A DNA stretch of 64,000 nt from an uncultured Verrucomicrobiae bacterium (GCA_963782115.1 CAWAIK010000001.1:832001-896000); one strand, 5' to 3'; counted from the first letter of the stretch, positions 1 to 10,561 are shown. Translations and numbers: made by a program. Notes: generated by a model not told the origin, from the sequence alone.

Positions 1-2078
1 AGGCTAAGGAAGAGGCCAACATCGGTGACGACTCCGATGCTTTCAATCGAGCCTCGGTCGGCCAGCTTCGTGACAACAGCCGGGTTGATATCAACGCACA
101 CCAGCTTAACGCCGGCCGGAGTCATGTTGCCCACACCAATGCTATGGAGCATCGAACTGAGCATCAAAATCATTTCTGCGCCGGCAATCAGCCGAGCATA
201 ATCGCGCTGGGCTTCGATCATGTCGGTGAAAACACCGGGCAACGGACCGTCGTCCCGGATGGAGGCGGCCAACGAGAATGGAACTCCCGCACGGACGCAT
301 TCGTAGAAAATTCCGCTCTTGAGCACTCCCTGTTCGACCGCAGCAGCGATACTCCCGCAGCGCCGAATCGCATTAATCGCGCGGAGGTGGTGACGGTGGC
401 CGCCATGCACCGGAGTCCCGCGATTCATGTCCACGCCGAGTGACGTGCCAAGCAATGCCTGCTCGATGTCGTGTACAGCCATGCCATTACCGCCGAGCAC
501 AACCTGCACGAAACCGGCACGTATCAGCGCGGCCAGATGTTCCCCGGCGCCGGTATGAATGACCACCGGTCCGGCCACCACAACCACTTTGCCGCCGCGT
601 TCGCGGATCCGTTCAAGTTCCCACGCGATCTGACGGACCACGAGTTCGATTTTCCGTTCGCTACTCACCCCGGCACCCATGAACGCGAATTCTGCGGCGG
701 GGGCGCCGCCCATCCCGCGGTCCTCACGGGATTCGCTCTTGCGCACGGTCTGGATCCCATCAATTCCGACGATCACCCGATCGCCACGCCGTAGATCGCG
801 CATCAGGCGGACGGTGGCGGTGGGTTGGTTCGGCTCGGAGTCGTCGATGACGATGCACCCGTCCATCCGTTGGCCGGTAATCCGCACCCACCGGCCCTCC
901 AGTCGTACTTCCGTCGGGTAGATCGTTGTCACGTAAAAATCGTCGGGTGCAACGCCGTCAATCGTGACGGTTTCGATTCGCGCTTCGCTCGTGCGTTGCG
1001 CGGCGGCAGGAATGGACCCGAGTTCGATAAGCTGGCCAATCAGGTTTTCGAGTGCATCCATTGCCGGTGCCGAAACGCGGATTTCCGATCTCGAGGTGCT
1101 CTGACGCTGTTTGCCGAGCTGGAAGTTCAAAATCTGAAAGCTGCCGCCGTTCTGGACGGTCAGTTCCAATGCCCGGTCGAGCAGACCGGAATCAAGCAGG
1201 TGACCTTCCAGACTCAGGACGCGGCTGGAAATCTCGCTATGCGCGTTTGCACCCGGTTTTGGCAACTCCTTGAGCCGCAGCGTCAGACAACGAGCTGCGC
1301 CGCCGGACTTAATGAACTCGGTTAAGGACGCTTCAACGACCTGAAAACCTGCGGCTGAAAGCTGGGTTTTGAGCGAGTCGCTCGCACGATGGAGAACGAG
1401 GGTCTCGCCGATATTCACTGCGTTAGCAGCGAAATGGATCGCGTCGAGTTCGTCAAGGACAAGACGTTTTTCCGCGGGGATCCGGCGTTCGATCTGGGCG
1501 TTGGATCGGGCGTCGAAGGCCGGTGGGTAGTACATCAAAAACCCTCTCTCGAGCGGGCAGAGACAGGTGTCAAGATGGTAGAATCGCTTATCGATGAGTC
1601 GCAAGCTGACGACCTCGACGCCGAGCAACTCGGCAATGAGCGCATGCGAATCGAGTTCTGTCCGGAAGCCGTACCCCGCCCAGAGCACGGGTTGCACGCG
1701 GTCGAAAAGGGCGTCACCTGCGCCTTCGAACGGCAAATCCTTGGGCAGTTCGTGCACCCGGAAGCCGTGCTGCTTAAACCAGTCACGAAAATGTGGCTCT
1801 TCGGCTTGACGTTCCCGGTGTAAGAAGCGGCTCAGAACGGCTTGGTCGCCAAGGACCAGACCTGCGTTAGCGGTAAACACCATATCGGGCGATCCAGCCA
1901 GAGGTGTGATCAATTCAATGTTTCCTTGACCGGAGAGGATGACGTGGAGCCGATGCCACTGTTCGGCGGCCAATACCCCGTTGGCGCGGTCGATGTTACC
2001 TTCCATCCAAGGGTTGATAACATAGTCGACCTGGAAAAACTCCGGCGGACACATCAGATAACGATCAGGCGATGTCAT
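1..2078 (-). CDS. argZ: Bifunctional arginine dihydrolase/ornithine cyclodeaminase (ArgZ/AgrE, TIGR00300-like), 3' end outside window
   Basis: Hand translation from ATG 2078 (MTSPDRYLMCPP) gives amidinotransferase motifs PDMVFTANAG, FYHLDTC and EFIKSGGAARCLTL. The C-terminal half has EFAFMGAGVSSERK, AGPVVIHTG, SSMLHSIGVGN and VDINPAVVTKLADRGS. It has no stop inside the window, so it is absent from the ORF track. Confidence 0.9.
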   Translation of the reverse strand, partial: MTSPDRYLMCPPEFFQVDYVINPWMEGNIDRANGVLAAEQWHRLHVILSGQGNIELITPLAGSPDMVFTANAGLVLGDQAVLSRFLHRERQAEEPHFRDWFKQHGFRVHELPKDLPFEGAGDALFDRVQPVLWAGYGFRTELDSHALIAELLGVEVVSLRLIDKRFYHLDTCLCPLERGFLMYYPPAFDARSNAQIERRIPAEKRLVLDELDAIHFAANAVNIGETLVLHRASDSLKTQLSAAGFQVVEASLTEFIKSGGAARCLTLRLKELPKPGANAHSEISSRVLSLEGHLLDSGLLDRALELTVQNGGSFQILNFQLGKQRQSTSRSEIRVSAPAMDALENLIGQLIELGSIPAAAQRTSEARIETVTIDGVAPDDFYVTTIYPTEVRLEGRWVRITGQRMDGCIVIDDSEPNQPTATVRLMRDLRRGDRVIVGIDGIQTVRKSESREDRGMGGAPAAEFAFMGAGVSSERKIELVVRQIAWELERIRERGGKVVVVAGPVVIHTGAGEHLAALIRAGFVQVVLGGNGMAVHDIEQALLGTSLGVDMNRGTPVHGGHRHHLRAINAIRRCGSIAAAVEQGVLKSGIFYECVRAGVPFSLAASIRDDGPLPGVFTDMIEAQRDYARLIAGAEMILMLSSMLHSIGVGNMTPAGVKLVCVDINPAVVTKLADRGSIESIGVVTDVGLFLS

Positions 2079-2444
2079 GGTAAAGATGCTTCCTATAATC
2101 CAAATCCACTGCTCCGCGATAGAGAACAACGGCGTAACGGCTATCGGGCATCAAACCGTCATCCTCGAAGACAAAGCTATCAGGTGGCATTTTCCTTGTT
2201 CAGGAGAGCACCGGTTTACACCCTTGTACAAAGAAGAAATCGAGGAAGGGTCGCCGGAATCTATTTTTTACTGAAGTGGAGGTACGGACTCGTGCGCCGA
2301 CCGAGTTACCGGTGCCGCGACTCCCTTTGGAGAGTCGGTAGGATCTTTTGCTCATTGGATCATTACGCTCGCTCCTGTAACCGGTCGTAGACGGCTTTAT
2401 TCGCCTTCTCTTAAATGAAATTGGATTAATTTTCGAAACCCATG

Positions 2445-4388
2445 TCAACTGGTTCTATTTGGCGCGATGTTTGCTGCTGCCTTCAGCACGAGGTGAAATG
2501 CAACTTCTGCCAGACTTCCATATTCCGCGTGCTTGGTAAGCTTCGCCTGAACCAATAACGGCGAACTCAACCCGCACAAGAAGCGTGCAATCTGTCTGGC
2601 CGAACTCAGTGTTTCGGGGTTTTCCTTTTGCAGCGCAGTGATTTTGTCACGGTCCAGTTTTATCGGAATTGTTTCTCCAACTGCCCGAATGACCCTTGTG
2701 GAGTTGCCAGAGCAGCTGCTGCAATGCCCGCAATCTCGCCCTAATTCTTCACCAAAATGCTCAAGCAGATGCCGGACAATGCACCCAGGCTCTTCAGCCA
2801 GTAGAACAACCTGCCGGACGCGGTCGACATCGTTGCGCTCGCGTGTTTCGAAGCGTTCGATCAACTTCTGTTTTAGAGCAGGAATGTCGGTCGGAGGTGT
2901 CTTGATGCGGTACCCTTGGCGCAACCCTGCAACTTTGAGCGTCAGATCACCTTGCTCTTCGAGATAGTTGAGCGCTTTGATGATGCGTGATCGCGTCGTG
3001 CCAAGGCGGCCAATGGTCGCATTCAGATCGATACTGAACCATTTCTGTCCCTTTGTTGCGCCCGCAAATATGGCACTCAGAAACTTTGCCCGCGCAGTAT
3101 CAAATTTCGCGACAATTTCATGCGATGGTTTGAGCGGTCTGAACTGGTACTCGTTGTAAAACGGTTCCGTTGACTCAATCACGTCAGCCAGTTCAATATA
3201 AGTGAGCAATGTGCCGGCGACCAATGGCCGTACATCGTAAGTGCGAGACAATTCATAAAGGGACAGATCAAATTCACCATCATGTCGCACAATGGCGTCA
3301 ACGATCCGGCAAACACTCTCTGCGGCGGGGGTATCGCCGTAGGTAAAGTTCTCAAGCACGGTCACGTCGCCGCCGCAGGCCAGCATCTCGCAGATCGACT
3401 CTTTTCCGTCGGGGCCCGCACGCCCGATCTCCTGGGAATAACTTTCGAGGCTCTTCGGCAAGTTGTAATGGTAGACATACCGGATATCGGATTTATCAAT
3501 TCCCATTCCGAAAGCGATCGTTGCCACAACAATCGCCTCCGATGATTCCATGAACCAATCCTGAACCGTTTCTCGTTCTTCGTTTGGCAGGCCCGCATGA
3601 TAGGAACGCGCCGGAAAACCCTTCCGGGAGAGTGTGTCCGCGACGGTTTCGGCGGTCCGCTGCAAGGTCACATAAACAATCGTAGAACCTCCTGGACGAT
3701 CTTTGAGACGCGCTAACAAAAGATCAATTTGTTCGTTTGATCGGCAGGGTGTGACCAGCAATGTCAGGTTTGGACGGTAAAAACCGGTGTGAATAAACGC
3801 GTCGCCGGCAATACCGAATTCCCGGCAGATGTCGTCAGCAACAGCACGCGTGGCGGTCGCTGTAAGGGTCAGGACGCGTTGGATCCCGAGAGTACGCGCG
3901 GTTCGAGCTAATTTTAAATAATCAGGTCTAAAATTATGACCCCATTCGGAAATACAATGCGCTTCGTCAATCACCATCAAAGCGATCTTGAGTCCGCGCA
4001 GTTTCTGGAGGAAACGCTCGTTGGAAAAACGTTCCGGTGCAACGTAGAGCAGCTTTAGACGATCGGCTCGCAAGTCTGCGTCGATTCGACGGACCTCGTC
4101 TAGATCAATGGTGGAATCGAGCCGTGCCGCAGGGATATTTCGTTCGCCTAAAAAATCAATCTGATCTTTCATCAGCGCGATCAATGGTGAAATGACCAGG
4201 GTGAGACCGTCGAGAAGAAGCGCACTTAACTGATAGCAGAGACTTTTGCCACTGCCGGTAGGGAAAACCGCCAATGCAGATTTACCTTCCAGAATTTTGC
4301 CAATGACGGCCTCTTGACCTTCGCGGAACATGTTGAAACCGAAACGATTTTTCAGTGTCGAGTGAATGAGCGTGTCGTACGAATCCAT
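2445..4388 (-). CDS. recQ: RecQ family ATP-dependent DNA helicase
   Basis: PTGSGKSLCYQ, DEAHCISEWGHNFRPDY, VATIAFGMGIDK and a Zn-binding CGHCSSC. Motif VI reads GRAGPDG. Confidence 0.93.
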   Translation of the reverse strand: MDSYDTLIHSTLKNRFGFNMFREGQEAVIGKILEGKSALAVFPTGSGKSLCYQLSALLLDGLTLVISPLIALMKDQIDFLGERNIPAARLDSTIDLDEVRRIDADLRADRLKLLYVAPERFSNERFLQKLRGLKIALMVIDEAHCISEWGHNFRPDYLKLARTARTLGIQRVLTLTATATRAVADDICREFGIAGDAFIHTGFYRPNLTLLVTPCRSNEQIDLLLARLKDRPGGSTIVYVTLQRTAETVADTLSRKGFPARSYHAGLPNEERETVQDWFMESSEAIVVATIAFGMGIDKSDIRYVYHYNLPKSLESYSQEIGRAGPDGKESICEMLACGGDVTVLENFTYGDTPAAESVCRIVDAIVRHDGEFDLSLYELSRTYDVRPLVAGTLLTYIELADVIESTEPFYNEYQFRPLKPSHEIVAKFDTARAKFLSAIFAGATKGQKWFSIDLNATIGRLGTTRSRIIKALNYLEEQGDLTLKVAGLRQGYRIKTPPTDIPALKQKLIERFETRERNDVDRVRQVVLLAEEPGCIVRHLLEHFGEELGRDCGHCSSCSGNSTRVIRAVGETIPIKLDRDKITALQKENPETLSSARQIARFLCGLSSPLLVQAKLTKHAEYGSLAEVAFHLVLKAAANIAPNRTS

Positions 4389-4446
4389 CGTGTCCAAAGA
4401 TCTTCCGGCAGAATGATATAACATGCAATAACAATGTAGTTCCAAT

Positions 4447-4465
4447 GAGGAGACAGGAGACAGAA
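4447..4465 (+). repeat. Short AGGAGAC heptamer tract (left arm)
   Basis: gaggagacaggagacagaa, in inverted orientation to the 5065-5106 tract. Confidence 0.55.
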
Positions 4466-4486
4466 GGCGTCAAGCAAACCCAGAAT

Positions 4487-5040
4487 GTGAGGAAGAGCAA
4501 TGTAATTCGGATAGAAAACAAGACTTGGAAACATAATACAGGGACCCAGTGGGAAAAGAGCCCCACCCGGCAAAGGCTAGCCACCAGCCGGCAGCGAACA
4601 TTGCGTAGTCGACAGCGATGTCGGCACGAAGCATATGGAGCAGGTGCAAAGCCGTGTGATTGAGCCTCGAAAAATGTTCAACGTTGGAGCCTTCGTAGTC
4701 CTGACCGCGGGGGCAGAATCGAAGCGCCGCAAATGGCTTGGCGTGGAGATCCGGCCGGGGTCTGAGAGCAGGGCAAAGGTATGAAAGGGTTCCCTGGGAA
4801 CTTGAGAGATCCGACTGGCTTTCTCCTGAGAGAAAGAACCGGAGCGATGCGGCGAGACCGGTAGACCAACGCCCAGTCCGCAGCGGGAGCCACTCCAAAA
4901 GCCCGAGGCGAGCGAAAGACGGGGAGTCAAGGAGGTAACCGTCGTTCGAAGGACACGAAGAGCGAGGGGACGAGCAGCCGGAAGCCTTAGCATCCTCATA
5001 GTACCGACAGAAAAGTGGGGAACCAATCGGGGGGCCCGCT
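4487..5040 (+). mobile_element. Truncated group II intron (domain I to start of domain III, no RT ORF, no domain V)
   Basis: Typical intron RNA motifs: gtgggaaaagagccccacc hairpin, gccaccagccggcagcgaacattgcgt, gccgtgtgattgagcctcgaaa, gggaacttgagagatcc, and gcatcctcatagtaccg...gtggggaac. The 5' end (GTGAG at 4487) is uncertain. Confidence 0.8.
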
Positions 5041-5064
5041 ACGGGCTAAAAAATGACCAGCTGC

Positions 5065-5106
5065 CATTCTGTAACTTCTGACTCCTGGCTCCTGGCTCCT
5101 GACTCC
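5065..5106 (-). repeat. CTCCTG(G/A) heptamer tandem tract (right arm)
   Basis: cattctgtaacttctgactcctggctcctggctcctgactcc. Confidence 0.8.
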
Positions 5107-5174
5107 AAAATTAAGTCGCCCCTCCTGAAGTTCCATAGTAGCCTCACTCATTCGTCTGCCCAAAAATCTTCCTA

Positions 5175-6764
5175 TTGTCTACGACTTCACCGTGTAAGCT
5201 TCCCGTGCGCAAAGCTTTGTCGAGATTGTCCTGGGTCCTGTTCGTGATTCCCGGGGTTGCCCTCTCAGCCGCGCCGCAAATTGAACCGGAGGCGACCCCT
5301 TATTTGCCATACGTCCCCGCCCACTTTCCGTGGGTTAAAACTTCCTGGCTGCAAAATCTTGCCGAGCAATTTTCCAATGATATTGACGTCCTGTCGCTCC
5401 AGTTTAGCTCGATCCTAGGGGGATGGAGCCGACAACCCCTTCTTTTCGCGATTACTCCCGCTAAGATTCTGCTCTTATTGCTGATTCTCACGATCGGGTT
5501 CGCACTCGCTGGACTGGCCCGAGTGGTCATCCTGAAGAATTATTCGCTCACCCGCTTCAAGCCTAATACCGGACGGTTTTGGCGGGACGGGATTCTGTTT
5601 GCGTTGCGTAGAGCCGTGAGCGGATTTTTTATCTTTACGGGTGCATTCTTCGCTTCGGTGCCGCTTCTTCCACACCTTGGACTAGCACTCGGCGGCTTTC
5701 CGACGTTTGCGATTGCCTCGAAGGTGGCTCACCTAGGTTACTTCGCAACAGGCGTCGGATTTTTCCTGCGGATCGCCCACCTCGTCCAGCAATGGCTCAA
5801 CGATTTTGTCAACCGGCCTTCCGTCCGCTGGTACTACAGCGCCTTTCCGGTGCTTGGACAGGCGCTCTACTACAACTTGATTCTCTGCTCGCTTTCGACT
5901 GCGATCTATATCCTCGGACTGCCGGTCCCCATTCAAAACGCGGGGTTCAAGATAGTTTCCATTGCCAGCATCATTGTCAACACCCTCCTGGTTATTCGGG
6001 CGGTGCTCGCCGTGGAGGCGATGATGACTTCCAGGTCAGAAATGATGCATTACGACGCCTACAAGAAGCGGCGGATGGAAACCCGCGTCCAAATGATTCG
6101 ACGGCTGCTCGTGTTTATCATTCTGGTGGTCGCCATCGCCGCGATCCTGATGAATTTCAAAGAGGTTCGCCAGATCGGAACCGGGCTATTGGCCTCCGCC
6201 GGCGTAGCCGGAGTGATCGCGGGGTTCGCTGCGCAGAAATCGCTTTCCACGATCATTGCGGGACTCCAGATCGCGATTACCCAGCCTATGAGGATAGACG
6301 ACGTGGTAATCGTCGAAGGCGAGTGGGGCACAATTGAAGAGATCACGTTAACTTATGTGGTAATCCGCGTCTGGGATCAGAGGCGTCTGGTGGTTCCTAT
6401 TACCTATTTTCTGGAGAAGGCCTTTCAGAACTGGACACGCAATAGCTCAGACCTGATTGGGGTTGTTTTCTTTTACGCCGACTTTCTCATTCCGATCCAA
6501 GAGATCCGTGCCGAAGCTCAGCGCGTCGTGAATGCATCCAAACTGTGGGACAAACGCGTTTTCGTGGTTCAGGTCACGGATTTCAGATCCGATTGCGTCG
6601 AGATTCGTATTCTGGCCAGCGCCGAAACCTCACCGACGCTTTTCGATCTTCGGTGCGAAATCCGCGAAAAGATTCTTATTTTCCTTCAGGAGCGGTATCC
6701 GACTGCCTTTCCGCGAGTTCGGACGGCGCTTTCGCGCCTCCCTGCCAAAGATCCCGCGACTTGA
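5175..6764 (+). CDS. mscS: Small-conductance mechanosensitive channel family protein
   Basis: Several TM helices, then GLLASAGVAGVIAGFAAQKSLS, QPMRIDDVVIVEGEWGTIEEI and FQNWTR. Start codon uncertain. Confidence 0.9.
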   Translation: MSTTSPCKLPVRKALSRLSWVLFVIPGVALSAAPQIEPEATPYLPYVPAHFPWVKTSWLQNLAEQFSNDIDVLSLQFSSILGGWSRQPLLFAITPAKILLLLLILTIGFALAGLARVVILKNYSLTRFKPNTGRFWRDGILFALRRAVSGFFIFTGAFFASVPLLPHLGLALGGFPTFAIASKVAHLGYFATGVGFFLRIAHLVQQWLNDFVNRPSVRWYYSAFPVLGQALYYNLILCSLSTAIYILGLPVPIQNAGFKIVSIASIIVNTLLVIRAVLAVEAMMTSRSEMMHYDAYKKRRMETRVQMIRRLLVFIILVVAIAAILMNFKEVRQIGTGLLASAGVAGVIAGFAAQKSLSTIIAGLQIAITQPMRIDDVVIVEGEWGTIEEITLTYVVIRVWDQRRLVVPITYFLEKAFQNWTRNSSDLIGVVFFYADFLIPIQEIRAEAQRVVNASKLWDKRVFVVQVTDFRSDCVEIRILASAETSPTLFDLRCEIREKILIFLQERYPTAFPRVRTALSRLPAKDPAT

Positions 6765-6858
6765 TGTCAGACCGCAAACGAACGGCGAATGCTATTGCAA
6801 CCTGTCTCAAGACTGATATACCAAACGCAGAACTGGTGCGCTCGATCGGGGAACCACC

Positions 6859-8355
6859 ATGGAATCATCGGAACTCGTTACCACGAATCGTAAGGCTCTC
6901 ACGATTAATCTCGATGAGCCGAAGTACGGCACGTTCGCCGAAATTGGTGCGGGTCAGGAAGTGGCCCGCTACTTTTTCCAGGCAGGCGGTGCTGCCGGAA
7001 CGGTGGCGAAATCCCTTTCCGCCTACGACATGAAATTTAGCGATGCCTTCTACGGGAAGTCGGCTCGCTACGTTTCGCGAGAACGATTGGAACTGATGCT
7101 CAATCGTGAATACGATCTGCTGGTTCATCGCCTGGAGGCCATGCGAGGCGACCGCTCTGCTTTCTTCGTCTTCGCCGACACGGTGGCTGCCAGAAGTTTC
7201 AAAGGGACAAACGAATGCCACGGCTGGATGGGAGTTCGATTCCAGTCCGAGCCAAAAGGGCCGGTAAGCGATATTATTCTGCACGTCAGAATGTTGGATA
7301 AGGAAAATGTCCTCCAGCAGCAGGCGCTGGGAGTCATAGGCGTCAACCTGCTCTATGGCGCTTTCTATCACGCCGCCGATCAAGATGGCTTTATTCGTTC
7401 CCTTGGGGATAGCTTGGCTCAGGGTCGTATCGAAGTTGACATGATTAACTTCGCCGGGCCGCTCTTTGCGAATGTGGACAACCGGATCATGAGCCTGAAA
7501 CTCGTGGAGCATGAACTCACCAACGCGGTTTTGTTCAGCCCCAAAGGCGAAGTGATCCAGCCTTCGGAAATACTCTATAAAAAAGCGATCATTGTGGAGC
7601 GCGGAAGTTTCCGACCGGTCACGCTCGTAAACCAGGACATGATGACTTGTGCCCTGGCTCAGTTTAGCGCTGAACCGGTTTTGAAGGGTGCAAGCATCGT
7701 TGTGCTGATGGAGATCACGATGCATAACCTCCTTGCCACTGGAAACATCGATTACCAGGATTTTCTGGCCCGCATCGATTCCCTCGCGGCCACCGGCAGC
7801 AATGTGTTTATTTCCAATTACCTGGAGTTCTACAGGTTGATCGGTTACTTCCGGCGCTATACCAAAGAAATGGTTGGAGTGGTCATGGGCATCAATAATC
7901 TGCTGGAGGTCTTCAACGAGAAATACTATGAGAATCTCGACGGAGGCATTCTGGAATCGTTCGGACGCCTTTTCCGCAACTTGGTGAAGCTCTACATCTA
8001 TCCGATGCGGATCAACGCCTATGACAGATATTGCTCACAGCATCCGTCCGAATCTCCGACCACCGGTTTGGGAAAATCCGAGCATCCTCTTGCGATCGAC
8101 GTCTGGATCAACGCCATCAATCTCCAGGTCGAAATGCATCTTCGCAATCTCTATGCTCACCTCCTGGAAACCGGTTATCTTGTGCCGATCGTAGGAAGCA
8201 ATCCGTCGGTGATGGATATTTTTTCTCGGGACGTGCTGGCGAAAATCCAGCGCGGCGAATCCGGTTGGGATACCATGGTGCCGGAAAATGTCGCCGCGGT
8301 TATCAAGGAGCGAGGGCTTTTTGGTTTCAAGGATTTAGGGCTTCCAAAATCGTAA
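6859..8355 (+). CDS. Conserved protein, CinA-like N-terminus plus nucleotidyltransferase (NadD-like) C-terminus
   Basis: YGTFAEIGAGQEVAR, ERGSFRPVT, and a C-terminal VPENVAAVIKERGLFG resembling the NadD end. Confidence 0.6.
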   Translation: MESSELVTTNRKALTINLDEPKYGTFAEIGAGQEVARYFFQAGGAAGTVAKSLSAYDMKFSDAFYGKSARYVSRERLELMLNREYDLLVHRLEAMRGDRSAFFVFADTVAARSFKGTNECHGWMGVRFQSEPKGPVSDIILHVRMLDKENVLQQQALGVIGVNLLYGAFYHAADQDGFIRSLGDSLAQGRIEVDMINFAGPLFANVDNRIMSLKLVEHELTNAVLFSPKGEVIQPSEILYKKAIIVERGSFRPVTLVNQDMMTCALAQFSAEPVLKGASIVVLMEITMHNLLATGNIDYQDFLARIDSLAATGSNVFISNYLEFYRLIGYFRRYTKEMVGVVMGINNLLEVFNEKYYENLDGGILESFGRLFRNLVKLYIYPMRINAYDRYCSQHPSESPTTGLGKSEHPLAIDVWINAINLQVEMHLRNLYAHLLETGYLVPIVGSNPSVMDIFSRDVLAKIQRGESGWDTMVPENVAAVIKERGLFGFKDLGLPKS

Positions 8356-8444
8356 GCCATTTTCCGGCTTGGATTTAATCTGGAAATCTTGCCAGCCAAA
8401 GTACTGGCAAGCTTTCCAGGCTGGTCTGTGGCCGGTAAAAGGGC
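8356..8444. repeat. Long imperfect inverted repeat (MITE/REP-like hairpin)
   Basis: Inner stem ctggaaatcttgccag (8380-8395) pairs with ctggcaagctttccag (8404-8419) at 15/16 positions. Outer arms are gccattttccggc and gccggtaaaagggc. Confidence 0.7.
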
Positions 8445-8539
8445 ATGGGCAGCTTCAGATATCAGGGCTACTTTGTCTCCTGTCCGGCACCTGGCTGTTC
8501 TACACCTGGCTGTTCTACTGAACCACAAACGAATCGAAG

Positions 8540-10561
8540 ATGAAACGAGAACCGAAAATTACCCTGCCGATAAAAAAGCCGGCCAAGGTGGACAAACTTG
8601 AGCCGCAGTGGCGGCTCTGGATCTGGTATTTTCTAGTGACTTTGTTAGTCCTCTGGGTCTGGCAAGAGCTGGGCAACCAAGTGGAATATCGGACTATCCC
8701 TTATAGCGAATTCAAGACCTATTTAGCGCAAGGTGCAATTGCTGAGGCGGTTGTTAAGCAGAACGAAATCGATGGACGGGTTGTTCCCAAACCGGAACAT
8801 GAGACAAAAGAGAAGCCGCCTGAGAAAGCAACAGCCACGCCTTCCCCCGCGCCCTCTCCGGGAGCGACCCAATCTCCTCCTGCCGAAACAAAGCCTTTCT
8901 TCTTTCGGACTGAACGGATCGAAGATCCTGGGCTGGTGAACGAACTTCAGGCAGCCGGAGTTCAATATGCAGCGGCGCGCCCTGGTGTCATTTCGCAGTT
9001 TTTCCTGGCCTGGGTGCTGCCGATTGCGGTCATGGTCTTCCTATGGAGCATGCTTGCCCGGCGGATGGGTGGTGCGAGTCAATCGATTTTCGCGATTGGC
9101 AAGAGCCGCGCTCGGCTCGTCGCGGATCCCGACACCGGCGTCACCTTTGAGGATGTGGCTGGTTGTGACGAAGCCAAATTCGAACTCCAGGAGGTGGTAA
9201 ACTTTCTCAGGAACCCGCAACAGTATGAGGGCGTGGGCGCCCGCATCCCGAAGGGCGTGCTGCTTGTCGGGCCGCCGGGCACAGGGAAAACATTGCTGGC
9301 TCGCGCTGTCGCAGGAGAGGCCCATGTGCCATTCTTTTTGATCAGCGGGAGCGATTTCGTTGAAATGTTCGTCGGCGTGGGCGCTGCACGTGTACGCGAT
9401 TTGTTCGTCCAGGCTAAAGGCCATGCACCTTGCATCATTTTCATCGATGAGCTGGATGCCATCGGCCGGCAGCGCGGCGTGCATGTGGGCGCAGTTAACG
9501 ACGAGCGCGAACAGACCTTAAATGCGTTGTTGGTGGAAATGGACGGATTCGAGCCTAATATTGGCGTAATTCTCCTGGCGGCGACGAACCGGCCCGAAGT
9601 TCTCGACCGCGCGCTGCTTCGTCCCGGCCGTTTTGACCGCCAGGTCATCGTGGATGTGCCGGATCTCGATGGTCGCGAGGCGATCCTCAAGGTGCACTCG
9701 AAAGACAAACATCTTGCCCCTGATGTGGACTTGCGCCGGATCGCCGCCGCAACCGCCGGCTTTTCAGGCGCTGATCTTTCGAACGTGCTGAACGAAGCGG
9801 CGTTGCTGACCGCGCGACGGCAGGCTGTGCAAATCACACAGGCAGACCTGGAGGAAGCAATCGAAAAAGTCATCGCCGGTCCCGAGCGGAAAAGCCGTCG
9901 CTTGACGGACGACGATAAACGTCGTGTCGCTTATCATGAGCTTGGTCACGCACTGGTTGCCGCTTATACTGTAAACGCAGATCCGGTCCACAAAATCAGC
10001 ATTGTTCCGCGCGGACGCGCTGCTCTTGGCTACACCCTGCAACTTCCGACCGAAGATCAGTTTCTGCTCACTCGCAGCGAATTGGTCGATCGTATCCGCG
10101 GACTCTTAGGTGGTCGCGCGGCTGAAGAGGTCGTGTTTGGCGAGGTGAGTACCGGGGCGCAGAATGACCTTGAACGCGCGACTGCGCTTGCGCGTCAGAT
10201 GGTGGCCATGTACGGGATGAGCGCGCGCGTCGGCCTGGCCAGTTGCGCGCAACGTCAGCCGATGTTTCTCAACAGTTCGGAAACTCAAATTCAGCGGGAC
10301 TGCAGCGAACAAACAACTCGCGAAATAGATGAGGAAGTGAAGAGTCTGCTTGATCAATCTTACGGCGAAGCGAAGGAGGTTTTGTCAGCCCATCGCGATG
10401 AACTGGAACGTCTTGCGGCCGCACTCATCAAACACGAGGCGATGGACGGCCGGACATTTTACAGGCTTATTGGCCGAGAGCAGCCCGCCATACGCGTCGC
10501 GGATCCTGGAGCGGTCGCCGAAGAATTGAATCTCAAGGAAGTAAATCAGCATGCCGATTGA
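8540..10561 (+). CDS. ftsH: ATP-dependent zinc metalloprotease FtsH
   Basis: Two TM helices, [27 protein letters not shown] and HELGH zinc motif. Confidence 0.97.
   Translation: MKREPKITLPIKKPAKVDKLEPQWRLWIWYFLVTLLVLWVWQELGNQVEYRTIPYSEFKTYLAQGAIAEAVVKQNEIDGRVVPKPEHETKEKPPEKATATPSPAPSPGATQSPPAETKPFFFRTERIEDPGLVNELQAAGVQYAAARPGVISQFFLAWVLPIAVMVFLWSMLARRMGGASQSIFAIGKSRARLVADPDTGVTFEDVAGCDEAKFELQEVVNFLRNPQQYEGVGARIPKGVLLVGPPGTGKTLLARAVAGEAHVPFFLISGSDFVEMFVGVGAARVRDLFVQAKGHAPCIIFIDELDAIGRQRGVHVGAVNDEREQTLNALLVEMDGFEPNIGVILLAATNRPEVLDRALLRPGRFDRQVIVDVPDLDGREAILKVHSKDKHLAPDVDLRRIAAATAGFSGADLSNVLNEAALLTARRQAVQITQADLEEAIEKVIAGPERKSRRLTDDDKRRVAYHELGHALVAAYTVNADPVHKISIVPRGRAALGYTLQLPTEDQFLLTRSELVDRIRGLLGGRAAEEVVFGEVSTGAQNDLERATALARQMVAMYGMSARVGLASCAQRQPMFLNSSETQIQRDCSEQTTREIDEEVKSLLDQSYGEAKEVLSAHRDELERLAAALIKHEAMDGRTFYRLIGREQPAIRVADPGAVAEELNLKEVNQHAD

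Noticed and set aside
144..2390. Plus-strand ORFs listed in the track
   Set aside because: They are antisense shadows of the argZ-like gene.
4282..5026. Several short ORFs over the recQ-mscS gap
   Set aside because: The region is better explained as group II intron RNA, and no RT motifs are present.
5681..5710. CIRCE half-site (tagcactc)
   Set aside because: It is inside the mscS coding region and has no second half-site.
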